Of a DNA stretch of 64,000 bases, positions 21,210-31,341 are shown piece by piece. This DNA comes from an uncultured bacterium. GTDB taxonomy: Bacteria; Ratteibacteria; UBA8468; B48-G9; DTJG01. The first letter of the stretch is position 1, and each line of letters opens with the position of its first letter. The stretch lies in contig CAZHJN010000001.1 in NCBI GenBank assembly GCA_964532995.1, positions 23,173 to 87,172 on the forward strand, read 5' to 3'. The notes under the pieces are model-generated. The model was not told the DNA's origin and did not search any database. It saw only the letters and a program-made list of their open reading frames with translations. A program made the position numbers and the translations under genes.

Positions 21210-21739
21210 ACCTTTTCAACCTGCCAGAAATTAAGTTCTAAAATTGTTGACCTTCCGAAAATTGATATACTGACCTTTAATCTTTCTCTTTCATTATTTA
21301 CATCTTCAACGACCCCTGTAAAATCAAGAAATGGTCCATCTGTTATAACAACTTTATCGCCCCTGCTAAATTCAATCTTTGGAACGGGTTTTGCCTTTCT
21401 TTCCTCTATCTCCTGCAGGAGATTGTCAATTTCACTTCCCTGCAGTGGAGATGGACTTGTACCTGCACCGAGAACATTAAAAACACCATTTGTTGTCTTA
21501 ACAATGTGCCATGTTAAATCATCAACATCATCATCAGCTTCAATCAAAAGATATCCTGGAAAAAACTTTCTCGGTTTTACAGTTTTCTCACCTTTTGTTG
21601 TTTCCACAACATCCTCAGTAGGAATAACTATCTGTTTGATTTTCATATTTCCGGCATTGACCAGTTTTGACTCAATAAGTCTCTTGATTTTTTCTTCATG
21701 CCCTGTTCTAACATGCACAATAAACCATTTACTCATCAC
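21206..21739 (-). CDS. nusG: Transcription termination/antitermination factor NusG
   Basis: NGN and KOW domains are present ([13 protein letters not shown]...[21 protein letters not shown]). Confidence 0.92.
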   Translation of the reverse strand: MMSKWFIVHVRTGHEEKIKRLIESKLVNAGNMKIKQIVIPTEDVVETTKGEKTVKPRKFFPGYLLIEADDDVDDLTWHIVKTTNGVFNVLGAGTSPSPLQGSEIDNLLQEIEERKAKPVPKIEFSRGDKVVITDGPFLDFTGVVEDVNNERERLKVSISIFGRSTILELNFWQVEKV

Positions 21740-21921
21740 TACCTCGCAAAAACATGGAGCATCCTTGAAAAAATAACATCAATTATTCCGAAATAAATAG
21801 CCATCAACACCATAAGAATAATGACCGCGAATGTTGACCTTTTAAGCATCTGAAAATTCGGCCAGGTCACCTTTTTAAACTCAGCCTGACTTTCTTTTAA
21901 AAACATCTTTATCTTTTGCAT
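21739..21921 (-). CDS. secE: Preprotein translocase subunit SecE
   Basis: The 60-aa product has a single TM and the sequence ESQAEFKKVTWP. Its position upstream of nusG matches. Confidence 0.85.
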   Translation of the reverse strand: MQKIKMFLKESQAEFKKVTWPNFQMLKRSTFAVIILMVLMAIYFGIIDVIFSRMLHVFAR

Positions 21922-21938
21922 CTCACCTGTCCTTGTTG

Positions 21939-22011
21939 CAGGCCTGGGAGGATTTGAACCTCCAACCTACGGTTTTGGAGACCGCCGCTCTGCCGTTAGA
22001 GCTACAGGCCT
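21939..22011 (-). tRNA. tRNA-Trp (anticodon CCA)
   Basis: The cloverleaf was folded by hand: acceptor AGGCCTG/CAGGCCT, anticodon loop CTCCAAA, T-loop TTCAAAT. The position between tuf and secE is canonical. Confidence 0.85.
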
Positions 22012-22155
22012 ATCAGGTTTCTTTATGGACCGTATGCTTACGGCAGCATGGACAGAACTTTTTCAATTCAAGACGGCCCTTATTCTTTTTCTTGTTTTTC
22101 TCTGTTGCGTAATTCCGCATTTTACACTCTGAGCATGCAAGTAATATATTTTCAA

Positions 22156-23394
22156 CCATAGTTTATATCCTCAAGATATAATCTCAGTAATTGCTCCAGA
22201 ACCAACTGTTCTTCCACCTTCCCTTATCGCAAACCTCAACCCTTTCTCCATCGCCACTGGCATTATCAATTCTGCCTCCATCTCTATATTATCCCCGGGC
22301 ATAACCATCTCTACACCTTCAGGCAACTTTATCGTACCGGTTACATCTGTCGTCCTGAAGAAAAATTGCGGCCTGTATCCAGTGAAAAATGGAGTGTGTC
22401 TTCCTCCCTCTTCTTTCTTCAATACATATACCTGCGCCTTGAATTTTTTATGAGGGGTGATACTGCCTGGCGCCGCTATTACCATACCTCTCTCTATCCC
22501 TTCCTTCTCAATCCCTCTCAATAACAACCCAACATTGTCTCCAGCTACAGCTTCATCAAGTATCTTCCTGAACATCTCAACACTGGTAACAACTGTCTTG
22601 GGCATCTCTTCCCTTAATCCTATAATCTCTACCTCTTCCCCAGACTTTATCTTTCCTCTCTCCACCCTTCCTGTCGCCACTGTACCTCTTCCTGTTATCG
22701 AAAATACATCTTCAACCGCTAACAAAAATGGCTGGTCCACAAGCCTCACAGGCTCAGGTATGTAACTGTCAACTGCATCCATCAACTGCCATATCGGTCC
22801 GCATTTCTCACATTCCCTCTTACCACATCCACAACTCAATGCCTCCAATGCTGACCCCTTTATTATCGGTATCTCGTCTCCAGGAAATTCATACTTGCTC
22901 AATAACTCCCTCACCTCTAACTCCACCAGCTCTATCAATTCTTTATCCGCCAGCATATCCATCTTATTCAAAAATACAACTATCGCAGGTACACCCACCT
23001 GCCTGGCTAACAGTATGTGTTCCCTCGTCTGCGGCATCGGACCATCAGGCGCACTCACCACCAGTATCGATCCATCCATCTGCGCAGCACCGGTTATCAT
23101 GTTCTTTATATAATCAGCATGCCCGGGACAGTCTATGTGCGCATAATGCCGCTTCTCAGTCTCATATTCTATATGCGCTATCTGTATCGTTAATCCCCTC
23201 TCCTTCTCCTCCGGCGCTTTGTCTATGTCTTCATACTTCAAATGCTGCGCCTTCCCCGCCTTCGATAATACCAACGTTATAGCACTGCTCAATGTCGTCT
23301 TCCCATGATCTACATGTCCTATCGTTCCTATGTTTACATGTGGCTTGCTCCTTACAAATTTCTCCTTTGCCATTGCCTTACCCCCTGGTTACAG
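22156..23394. repeat. 1239-bp direct repeat unit B (second tuf copy)
   Basis: See unit A. Identity ends at the same flank positions on both sides. Confidence 0.85.
22171..23373 (-). CDS. tuf: Elongation factor Tu, copy 2 (tRNA-linked tufB-like copy)
   Basis: The protein is identical to copy 1. It is preceded by tRNA-Gly and tRNA-Thr and followed by tRNA-Trp-secE-nusG. Confidence 0.97.
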   Translation of the reverse strand: MAKEKFVRSKPHVNIGTIGHVDHGKTTLSSAITLVLSKAGKAQHLKYEDIDKAPEEKERGLTIQIAHIEYETEKRHYAHIDCPGHADYIKNMITGAAQMDGSILVVSAPDGPMPQTREHILLARQVGVPAIVVFLNKMDMLADKELIELVELEVRELLSKYEFPGDEIPIIKGSALEALSCGCGKRECEKCGPIWQLMDAVDSYIPEPVRLVDQPFLLAVEDVFSITGRGTVATGRVERGKIKSGEEVEIIGLREEMPKTVVTSVEMFRKILDEAVAGDNVGLLLRGIEKEGIERGMVIAAPGSITPHKKFKAQVYVLKKEEGGRHTPFFTGYRPQFFFRTTDVTGTIKLPEGVEMVMPGDNIEMEAELIMPVAMEKGLRFAIREGGRTVGSGAITEIIS

Positions 23395-23429
23395 AAAAAA
23401 ATAGATAACGCACAATTTTCTGGCTGCCA

Positions 23430-23501
23430 AGCTGCTGATGGGAATCGAACCCATGACCCCGTCCTTACCAAGGACGTGCTCTACCCCTGAGCCACAGCAG
23501 C
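23430..23501 (-). tRNA. tRNA-Thr (anticodon GGT)
   Basis: Hand-folded: acceptor GCTGCTG/CAGCAGC, anticodon loop TTGGTAA, T-loop TTCGATT. Confidence 0.85.
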
Positions 23502-23594
23502 CTGAGCTCATCTGAATCTGAAATTGTCCCGACGCAGTGTCAAGAGTTATTATTTTACACAATATAAAACAAAACGTCAAATCTTATCTATTAG

Positions 23595-23666
23595 AGCGGG
23601 ATACGGGATTTGAACCCGTGACTTCGACCTTGGCAAGGTCGCACTCTACCGCTGAGTTAATCCCGC
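23595..23666 (-). tRNA. tRNA-Gly (anticodon GCC)
   Basis: Hand-folded: acceptor GCGGGAT/ATCCCGC, anticodon loop CTTGCCAA, T-loop TTCAAAT. Confidence 0.85.
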
Positions 23667-23751
23667 TTAATTATTCTTACCATAAATTTTGAGGAGAAAA
23701 CAATAAACCATATAATGTAGATAAATATTCTAGATTATCAACATTATCTTG

Positions 23752-25866
23752 TCAAATTTTATTTTCTTTCTGTTCCCTCCTGGATCTGACAGAAAAAACA
23801 AAAGTGTGGACTTTCAAAACAATCCAGAAAGCAATAAAACCGATGGCCGAACCGACAAGAATATCCCTGAAGAAGTGTACTCCTGAAGAAACCCTGGAAA
23901 AAGCAACTGCGATTGCAATAAGATAAAAAGGTACTTTTAACACAGGAAAAAGCCAGCCTAAGAAAGCAGCAGTTGAAAAAGCCGTTTGCGAGTGTCCTGA
24001 CGGAAAGGAACCCGATTTCAAAACAGGTCCTGTGATATTAATATTCATTTTCTCACCAAAATAAGCAACAGGTCTGGGCGAAGGGCAAATCTCTTTCAAA
24101 ATATGGACAAGTATCGCGCCAACAATAATAATAATTATGAACATACCCGTATATTTCAGAAAATCCTTTCTCCTTGAAAAAAAAAGAATCAGGGACACCA
24201 CCAAAACAGCTACTTCGGTTGAACCAAGATACCCTGTATTGAACAATAAAATTGCAAAAAATTTATGTTCTGCACTTATCCTGTTAACAGCAAGAAAAGC
24301 CCGGTTATCAACAGAAATCAAATCTCTCCAGAAATTTCTTTCATAGAATTCAGCAGAGTTAAAAACGGATCTGTCTGTTTCATAAGTCTTGAAATCCACA
24401 CATTTATAAAAATAAAAAGTTTTTACCTTCTTATTTCTGTAATATATTTCAAGTGTTATCGGTTTTTCTATCTTTCCAAATTTATAAATCTTATCAGGTG
24501 AATCCCTGAAGTGTTCATCAGTAAAAAAAATTCCTGTTTTTCCATAAAGGGTTTTTCTTAAATTTTTATTTCTTTGCCAGAAGTCATATTGATCCACTCT
24601 TTTACTCAGGCAATAAAGATGACTTTGTGCGGTATGAGCTGGAAGATAAAATGCCATCTGGCTGGCAAGATAAAATTTATGAGTAAACAAAAAAGTATCA
24701 GTTCTGTTTTCTTCACGAAAATATTCTGCAAGATAAGCGGCCTTATCCCATCCATAAAGGTCACCTGTCGGATCAATTTCAGAAGGCAATGGCAAACAGT
24801 GAAAAACGACCTGAACAGGAATCAAAGAAGTAAATAAAGCACCTGTATACAGAACAATATGCCTGAAAAATCTCCTGATTCTATTGGAGTTTTCGCCACA
24901 TTTTAAAAGAAAGTTTGCACCGGGTATGATAAGTGTGAGATATCCAGGAGCTGGCCAGTGTGGAAGAATTTCATTTGATAGAGAAGCATAACCAAATACA
25001 GCAAAAACAGGAAAGGCAAAGATAAAAAGGAGTTTTTCAAAGTTATCTGATAGAGAAAAAAATCTCCTTGCAGAATTAATAAAAACCAGAGCCAGCAATA
25101 TCCAGATAAAAGGTGATATTACAGCCATCTGCGCGACTGAATTTTGAATAAAAATACCCGGATTAAAAAAATTTTTTTCACCCAATCCGTGACTGAATTG
25201 AAAAGCAAAAGAAGCCCAGTGATTGTTATAATTCCAGATTAAGACAGGGCTGAAAACAAGCAGGCTGATAAAAAATCCACAGTATAAATATTTTTTCTTA
25301 AGATGGCTTCGCATATGTTTGTCAGCTATGACAAAAATAAAAATTGACAGATATAAAAAGAAACCGGTATATTTTGTAAGTAATGACAATCCAACCAGAA
25401 AACCAAGGAGATACCATAAACTGTTTGTACCGGTGAAACGAATTTTCCATAGCGTCATTATTGATAACAACCAGAAAACTGAAAGAATCGTATCCGGAAC
25501 AGTCATAATTCCACCGAGAACAGAAAAAAGAGGAGTCAGACAGAAAATAACTGCTGCCCAGAACCCGCAGGAAGCGGAATAAACATTTCTTCCCATTGTA
25601 AATAATAACCAGAAACAGATTGAAGAAGAAATAAGAGCAGGCATTCTGACAGCGAGTGGCGTATTACCCAGTATTTTCAAAAAAGGCCAGACAACATAAC
25701 CAACAAGCGGTGGATGGTCAAAATATGAAAATGAGGGATGAACAGCATACTGATAATAATGAGCCTCATCACCGGTTAACCCGTAAAAGGATGCTATGAA
25801 AAGTCTGATTAAAAAAGAAACGCCGAAAATCAAAAATAGATAGTTTGTATATTTTCTTTCATCCAT
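23752..25866 (-). CDS. Fusion of a GT-C-fold glycosyltransferase (ArnT/PMT_2-like, GT83/GT39) to a C-terminal PAP2 phosphatase domain
   Basis: The N-terminal multi-TM region matches ArnT/PMT_2 (YGLTGDEAHYYQYAVHPSFSYFDHPPLVGY). The C-terminus has the complete PAP2 triad: K-x6-RP (KEICPSPRP), PSGH, and SR-x5-H-x3-D (SRVSSGVHFFRD). Confidence 0.75.
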   Translation of the reverse strand: MDERKYTNYLFLIFGVSFLIRLFIASFYGLTGDEAHYYQYAVHPSFSYFDHPPLVGYVVWPFLKILGNTPLAVRMPALISSSICFWLLFTMGRNVYSASCGFWAAVIFCLTPLFSVLGGIMTVPDTILSVFWLLSIMTLWKIRFTGTNSLWYLLGFLVGLSLLTKYTGFFLYLSIFIFVIADKHMRSHLKKKYLYCGFFISLLVFSPVLIWNYNNHWASFAFQFSHGLGEKNFFNPGIFIQNSVAQMAVISPFIWILLALVFINSARRFFSLSDNFEKLLFIFAFPVFAVFGYASLSNEILPHWPAPGYLTLIIPGANFLLKCGENSNRIRRFFRHIVLYTGALFTSLIPVQVVFHCLPLPSEIDPTGDLYGWDKAAYLAEYFREENRTDTFLFTHKFYLASQMAFYLPAHTAQSHLYCLSKRVDQYDFWQRNKNLRKTLYGKTGIFFTDEHFRDSPDKIYKFGKIEKPITLEIYYRNKKVKTFYFYKCVDFKTYETDRSVFNSAEFYERNFWRDLISVDNRAFLAVNRISAEHKFFAILLFNTGYLGSTEVAVLVVSLILFFSRRKDFLKYTGMFIIIIIVGAILVHILKEICPSPRPVAYFGEKMNINITGPVLKSGSFPSGHSQTAFSTAAFLGWLFPVLKVPFYLIAIAVAFSRVSSGVHFFRDILVGSAIGFIAFWIVLKVHTFVFSVRSRREQKENKI

Positions 25867-26572
25867 TAAAAAAACCTGTTCTCAGTAATATTACCCTGTA
25901 AAGATAGGTTAGAAGTGTGAAAAATTTTAACTTTGAGCTTCCATATTTTCTTTTATGAAAAACAATGGGAAACTCCTTTACCCTGAAATTTTTTCTGAAA
26001 ATATGGTAAAAAACTTCTGCAACGATAAAAGCATCTTTCGCCTTTAATGCAGGATATATTTCTGAAAGTGTGGATAACCTGAAAAATCTGAAACCAGAGG
26101 TTGGATCAGTAAGTCTGATACCCAGAACACACCGCAGGTAAATCCTTGCGCAACGCGTGATGATTTCTCGTATTATATCCTGTCTTAAACTTTTCCCACC
26201 TGAAAGAAATCTTGATCCTGAAGCCACATCAGCATTTTCAAGACAACTCAAAAGATCCGGAATAAATTCCGGGGAATGAGAAAAATCCCCATCCATTTCG
26301 CCTATGATGTCATATTTTTTTTCAATTGCAATTTTATATCCGAATCTTCCAGCATATCCCCTTCCTTTCCTATCTTTTCGAATAAAAACATCCACACGGG
26401 GATCATCCTGAAAGTGTTTCATTGCAATATAACCCGTTCCGTCAGGAGAATTGTCGTCAACAACTATCACATGTATATCAAGTGGTAAGTTTATTATATG
26501 TTTTACAAGTGGAACAATATTATCTTTTTCGTTATATGTTGGTATTATCACCGCTACTTTCTTATTTCCCAC
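25859..26572 (-). CDS. GT2 polyprenol-phosphate glycosyltransferase (ArnC / Dpm1-like)
   Basis: VAVIIPTYNEKDNIVPLV...VVDDNSPDGT is a GT2 signature. It overlaps the GT-C gene by 8 nt. Confidence 0.8.
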   Translation of the reverse strand: MGNKKVAVIIPTYNEKDNIVPLVKHIINLPLDIHVIVVDDNSPDGTGYIAMKHFQDDPRVDVFIRKDRKGRGYAGRFGYKIAIEKKYDIIGEMDGDFSHSPEFIPDLLSCLENADVASGSRFLSGGKSLRQDIIREIITRCARIYLRCVLGIRLTDPTSGFRFFRLSTLSEIYPALKAKDAFIVAEVFYHIFRKNFRVKEFPIVFHKRKYGSSKLKFFTLLTYLYRVILLRTGFFNG

Positions 26573-27671
26573 CGGCTAATCTCCTGATGGATTTTGCAAC
26601 TGTTTCTGGAGTGATGAGTTCCATACAATTTGGAGTGATTGAACAAACTCTATTATAACAGCACGCACAGGAAACATCACTGATAATTTTTTCTCCAGCA
26701 CCATAAATTTCAATTTCATCAGCAGAAGTTGGACCGAATAAAGCAACGGTTTTTTTACCGAGCCCGGCCGAAGCATGGAGTGCAAAGGTATCACAACAAA
26801 CGATGACATCGCAGAGATCAAGCAATCCAAAAAAATAGTCTATTGAATTTGAATGCCCGGCGTTTATCAGTTTTCTTTCACTTTTCTCAACAATCAATCT
26901 TAACAGATCCTTCTCTTCGCTACCCCCAAAAACTACAATTTCAAAATCATCAAGCAATGAAAAAAGTTTTATGAAATGTTTCTCAGGCCATCTTTTTGTA
27001 ATCCATCTATTTCCTGTGCCAACAACCGCACCAAGCACCTTTTTCCCCATAAGATTATTCCTTTCGAAGAAAGATTTTGCATTTTTTCTTGAAGCATCAG
27101 AAATTGGCACTATTATTTTCCCATAATAAGGCACTTCAGCTATTTCCGCGATAAATGCCTGGTATGTTTTTTTATTTTCCTTCTTCAATTTATCATCATG
27201 ACTCAACAATAAATACTGTTGTGCTGAATGAGAAGAACAGCAAACAAGACCATCTGAATCAAACCAGAATCCCTTTTTCTTCTTTGCTTTCGCAAGTCCT
27301 GCAAGGATTAAAGCATCGTCATCTAAATCAAGGTTTATAGCTAAATCGAACCCAATATGCGAAATAAAAGCCAGAGCACGGGATTTATGGATAACTCTGT
27401 CAACAAAACTATTACCCTGAAGTACCCCCACAACATTATCGTCTGCAATCCAGAAGATTTTACTCTCCGGATATAATGATTTCAGCGGTTCACACAGTGC
27501 GGTGGTCCTCAACACATCCCCTAAAGCTCCAAGCTTGATTATTAGAATTTTGAAATCCGCACGCTCATATCTGTCGCAATTTTCGCACATTAATCCTTCG
27601 TTCTTATGAAAAACGCATGGTCTATCAGGTAAGAAAAAACGACAGGACTGCTTGAGTTTGTATTCTTTCAT
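26562..27671 (-). CDS. GT9 family glycosyltransferase (LPS heptosyltransferase-like) with N-terminal Cys-rich segment
   Basis: ILIIKLGALGDVLRTTALCEPLK is the GT9 N-domain and GGSEEKDLL...CCDTFALHASAGLGKKTVALFGPT is the GT9 C-domain. The N-terminus reads C-x8-C-x10-C-x2-C. Confidence 0.75.
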   Translation of the reverse strand: MKEYKLKQSCRFFLPDRPCVFHKNEGLMCENCDRYERADFKILIIKLGALGDVLRTTALCEPLKSLYPESKIFWIADDNVVGVLQGNSFVDRVIHKSRALAFISHIGFDLAINLDLDDDALILAGLAKAKKKKGFWFDSDGLVCCSSHSAQQYLLLSHDDKLKKENKKTYQAFIAEIAEVPYYGKIIVPISDASRKNAKSFFERNNLMGKKVLGAVVGTGNRWITKRWPEKHFIKLFSLLDDFEIVVFGGSEEKDLLRLIVEKSERKLINAGHSNSIDYFFGLLDLCDVIVCCDTFALHASAGLGKKTVALFGPTSADEIEIYGAGEKIISDVSCACCYNRVCSITPNCMELITPETVAKSIRRLAGGK

Positions 27672-27742
27672 TGTGAAAAACTGGTTGCGATGTTAAAAAT
27701 CTCCATTTTATCCATTATAAACAAGTGCGATTCCAGGGTCAA

Positions 27743-28648
27743 TTAAATTGCATCCTCCATTCCAAGTTTCTTCAATAAATCAATAAAATCTTCAGGCATC
27801 CCTGCAGTAAAATGAAGCAATCTTTTTGTTTCAGGGTGTAAAAACGAAATGGAAAAAGCATGAAGCGCCTGTCTGCCAATAAGAATACTCTGTCTACCGT
27901 ATTTTTTGTCTCCAAGTACTGGATGACCTAAAAATGAAAGACTCACCCTGATTTGATGTGTCCTGCCTGTAACAGGCATAACTTCAAGATATGTGGTATT
28001 TCCTGCTTTTTTAAGTATTCTGAACTTCGTAATTGATTTTTTACCAGAAAATCTTACAGAAACTTTTGTCAGATCATTTCTTGTGCTGTAAAGAGGCAGT
28101 GAAATTTCATCCATCCCATCAGGGAAAAAACCCTCAACAACTGTTCTGTAAACCTTCTTCACAAGTCTGTCCCTGAACTGATTCACGATATCAAGATGAG
28201 CAGAATCTGTCTTTGCAAAAATGATACATCCGGAGGTATCCCTATCAAGACGATGTACAACGCCGGGTCTCAGCGGCAGTCCTGTTGAAGAAACCTTTGT
28301 ATGCCCGAGTACGAGGTTCAAAAGGGTTCCCCTGGTTTGTCCTGAAACAGGGTGCGTCATTATACCTGCTGGCTTGTTAACAACTATTATATGCCTGTCC
28401 TCATAGAGAATTTCCAGATTTCCCTTTTCGGGCGCAAGCTTAATGGATGGTTTTTCAAAAGTTCCCTGTATTTCAATCACATCGCCCTTTTGAAGTCTGC
28501 AGGAAGGAACTGTAACGAAATTTTGATTTACTGAGACATAATGATTTTCTATCAATTTTTTGCAAAACTCTCTTGAAACACCGGTAAGGTTTTCTGCCAG
28601 AAACTTATCAAGTCTCTCAGTGGCGTCTTTGTCAAATACAAATTTCAC
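27743..28648 (-). CDS. rluD: RluA-family 23S rRNA pseudouridine synthase (RluD/RluC-like), S4 domain
   Basis: The S4-like N-terminus is followed by HRLDRDTSGCIIFAKT, the catalytic Asp motif. Confidence 0.85.
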   Translation of the reverse strand: MKFVFDKDATERLDKFLAENLTGVSREFCKKLIENHYVSVNQNFVTVPSCRLQKGDVIEIQGTFEKPSIKLAPEKGNLEILYEDRHIIVVNKPAGIMTHPVSGQTRGTLLNLVLGHTKVSSTGLPLRPGVVHRLDRDTSGCIIFAKTDSAHLDIVNQFRDRLVKKVYRTVVEGFFPDGMDEISLPLYSTRNDLTKVSVRFSGKKSITKFRILKKAGNTTYLEVMPVTGRTHQIRVSLSFLGHPVLGDKKYGRQSILIGRQALHAFSISFLHPETKRLLHFTAGMPEDFIDLLKKLGMEDAI

Positions 28649-28649
28649 T

Positions 28650-29810
28650 TCATATTTTCCTGCGAGAAAGTTCCCTGATCAATTCAAGAGCAATAACATT
28701 CCTCTGTATCTGATTTGTACCTTCATAGATCTGAGTTATTTTTGCATCTCTCATCATTTTCTCTACAGGATAGTCCCGCATGTATCCATAACCGCCGAAA
28801 ATCTGAACAGCATCCACTGTAACCTTCATGGCAACATCAGAAGCAAGCAATTTCGCCATCGCTGATTCTTTAGAACCTGAAGATTTTCCGCAATCTATCA
28901 TTCTTGCTGTTGCGTATGTAAGAGCACGCGCTGCTTCAATTTGAGTTGCCATATCTGCAAGCATATGCTGAACTGCCTGGAAGGATGATATTGGCTGACC
29001 AAATTGATATCTTTTATGAGCATATTCAAGCGCCGCTTCAAAAGCACCCTGCGCTATTCCGAGAGCCTGCGCCGCAACGCCAGGTCTTGTTGCATCAAAG
29101 GTTTTCATCGCCACAATAAAACCCATACCCTCTTTGCCGAGAAGATTTTCAACAGGTACCCTGCAATCAGTAAATATGAGTTCTCTTGTCGCTGATGCCC
29201 TTATTCCAAGTTTCTTTTCCTTTTTCCCAAAAGTGAAACCATCCATACCTTTTTCAACTATAAAAGCAGATGCGCCTCTGGCCCCTTTCTTTGGATCTGT
29301 TATCGCAATAACCGTATAAATTTCAGCCTCTCCTCCATTCGTAATCCATTGTTTCGTTCCATTTAAAATATAATAGTCGCCCTGTTTTCTTGCCTGAGTT
29401 CTTATAGAACCGGCGTCACTTCCTGCTTCTGGTTCGGTTAAGCCAAAAGCAGCAATTTTTTCGCCTTTCGCAAGTGGAGGGAGATACTTCTGTTTCTGGT
29501 TTTCATTTCCAAATAACACTATGGGGAAAGTACCTAACGCAGAAGCCGCAAGTGAAAGAGAAATACCACCGCAAACTCTGCTCAGTTCCTCTATGGCAAG
29601 ACATAACTCAAAAATTCCAAAACCCATTCCGCCGTATTTTTCCTCAATGTAAATCCCGAAAAGATCAGACTGAGCAAGTATTTTCACAATTTCCCAGGGA
29701 AATTCTTCTGTTTCATCGTAATATGCCCTTTTGGGTTTTATCTTTTCTTCAGCAATCTCACGGGCCAGAGATTGAATCATTTTTTGTTCTTCTGTTAAAA
29801 GATAATCCAT
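28650..29810 (-). CDS. Acyl-CoA dehydrogenase family protein (butyryl-CoA dehydrogenase-like)
   Basis: The 386-aa product has ACAD N, middle and C domains ([27 protein letters not shown]..., QIFGGYGY). It starts 4 nt inside the fabF end. Confidence 0.85.
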   Translation of the reverse strand: MDYLLTEEQKMIQSLAREIAEEKIKPKRAYYDETEEFPWEIVKILAQSDLFGIYIEEKYGGMGFGIFELCLAIEELSRVCGGISLSLAASALGTFPIVLFGNENQKQKYLPPLAKGEKIAAFGLTEPEAGSDAGSIRTQARKQGDYYILNGTKQWITNGGEAEIYTVIAITDPKKGARGASAFIVEKGMDGFTFGKKEKKLGIRASATRELIFTDCRVPVENLLGKEGMGFIVAMKTFDATRPGVAAQALGIAQGAFEAALEYAHKRYQFGQPISSFQAVQHMLADMATQIEAARALTYATARMIDCGKSSGSKESAMAKLLASDVAMKVTVDAVQIFGGYGYMRDYPVEKMMRDAKITQIYEGTNQIQRNVIALELIRELSRRKI

Positions 29811-29813
29811 TTA

Positions 29814-31061
29814 TCAATCCTTTTTATATTTTTGAACACAGAGACAGATATTGTGTCCTCCGAAACCAAATGAATTTGACAGTGAATATTCAATATCACA
29901 TTTCCTTGCAACATTCGGAACATAGTCAAGGTCACATTCAGGATCTGGCACTTCATAATTTATGGTTGGAGGAACAATACCATAATACATTGTAAGTATT
30001 GTGTTGATAAATTCAACAGCACCAGTAGCGCCAAGAAGATGACCTAACATTGACTTGTTTGAACTGATCGGAACCCTGTACGCATGTTCTCCCAGAACCT
30101 TTTTTATGGCAAGGGTTTCACTTCTATCATTCAGTTGGGTGGATGTTCCATGCGCATTAATATATTTCACCTGTTCTGGCAGTATACCGGCATCTTCAAG
30201 TGCGAATTTCATGCAGAGAAAAGGACCTGTACCTGACGGATCAGGTGCGGTTATATGGTAAGCATCACAGCTCATACCGTATCCTGCCATTTTTGCATAA
30301 ATACGGGCTCCCCTTGCCATTGCATGTTCCAGACTTTCCATAACAACAATACCGCTACCCTCCCCCATTACAAATCCATCCCTGTTCGCGTCAAAGGGAC
30401 GACTTGCTTTCTCTGGTTCGTCATTTCTTTCTGACAATGCTTTCATTGAACAGAATCCGGCAAGTCCAAGAGGCGTTATGCATGATTCTGTTCCACCCGT
30501 AATTACAACATCCATCTTGCCTGTGCGAACAAGTTCACATGCAACAGATATCGCATGTGCGCCGGAAGCGCAGGCACTGACTGTGGCAAAATTAGGTCCT
30601 TTCAATCCAAAAGTTATCGCCACCTGTCCTGCCGCCATATCCGGAATAAGCATTGGTATCAATAAAGGCGAAACTTTTGAAGGACCTGCGTTAAGCAGAG
30701 AAGAATGCTGTTGTTCTATAATCCTGAGTCCACCAATACCAGCACCTATTATCACTCCTATTCTGTCCTTATCCTCGTTTTCAAAAGAAATCCCACTGTC
30801 TGAAATAGCTTCATGAGCGGCTTTTATCGCAAACTGAACAAACCTGTCCATTCTTCTTGCAATTTTTTTATCTATCACATCAAGTGTGAAATCCTTTACT
30901 TCAGCGGCAATTTTTGTTGAAAAACCCGAAGCGTCAAAATCTGTAATCAGACCCACCCCACTTTTGCCTTCGCAAAGATTCTTCCAGGTTGATGGAAGAT
31001 TATTGCCAACAGGTGTAACCAGTCCCATTCCTGTTATAACAACATCTCTTGTCTCTTTCAT
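29814..31061 (-). CDS. fabF: 3-oxoacyl-ACP synthase II
   Basis: VVITGMGLVTPVGNN..., the active-site Cys context ATVSACASGAH, and NSFGFGGHN. Confidence 0.92.
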   Translation of the reverse strand: MKETRDVVITGMGLVTPVGNNLPSTWKNLCEGKSGVGLITDFDASGFSTKIAAEVKDFTLDVIDKKIARRMDRFVQFAIKAAHEAISDSGISFENEDKDRIGVIIGAGIGGLRIIEQQHSSLLNAGPSKVSPLLIPMLIPDMAAGQVAITFGLKGPNFATVSACASGAHAISVACELVRTGKMDVVITGGTESCITPLGLAGFCSMKALSERNDEPEKASRPFDANRDGFVMGEGSGIVVMESLEHAMARGARIYAKMAGYGMSCDAYHITAPDPSGTGPFLCMKFALEDAGILPEQVKYINAHGTSTQLNDRSETLAIKKVLGEHAYRVPISSNKSMLGHLLGATGAVEFINTILTMYYGIVPPTINYEVPDPECDLDYVPNVARKCDIEYSLSNSFGFGGHNICLCVQKYKKD

Positions 31062-31312
31062 TACTGTTTATCTTTTGTTTTTTCTTCAAGATACTTTATC
31101 GTGTCTCCGACTGTTCTGATTTTTTCTGCATCCTCATCAGGAATTTCCACACCAAACTTCTCCTCAAAATCCATAACCAGCTCAACTGTATCGAGGGAAT
31201 CTGCTCCAAGATCATCAACAAAAGAAGCATTTTCAACAACAGCACTTTCCTCAACCTGAAGTTTTTCCATAACAATACTCTTTACCTTTTTTTCAATCTC
31301 ACTTCTTTCCAT
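31061..31312 (-). CDS. acpP: Acyl carrier protein
   Basis: The 83-aa product carries [13 protein letters not shown], the 4'-phosphopantetheine site. Confidence 0.92.
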   Translation of the reverse strand: MERSEIEKKVKSIVMEKLQVEESAVVENASFVDDLGADSLDTVELVMDFEEKFGVEIPDEDAEKIRTVGDTIKYLEEKTKDKQ

Positions 31313-31341
31313 TTAACCTCCCCGTGTTTGCAATAAATTCT

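Noticed and set aside
22016-22170. Hairpin CCGTA-AGCA-TACGG between tuf copy 2 and tRNA-Trp as a terminator
   Set aside because: It is only a 5-bp stem with no U-tract. At most it is a processing site, so it is not reported as a feature.
23502-23594. I looked for a tRNA-Tyr between tRNA-Thr and tRNA-Gly, as in the E. coli thrU-tyrU-glyT-thrT-tufB cluster
   Set aside because: The 93-nt spacer cannot be folded into a cloverleaf, and no anticodon stem-loop is present.
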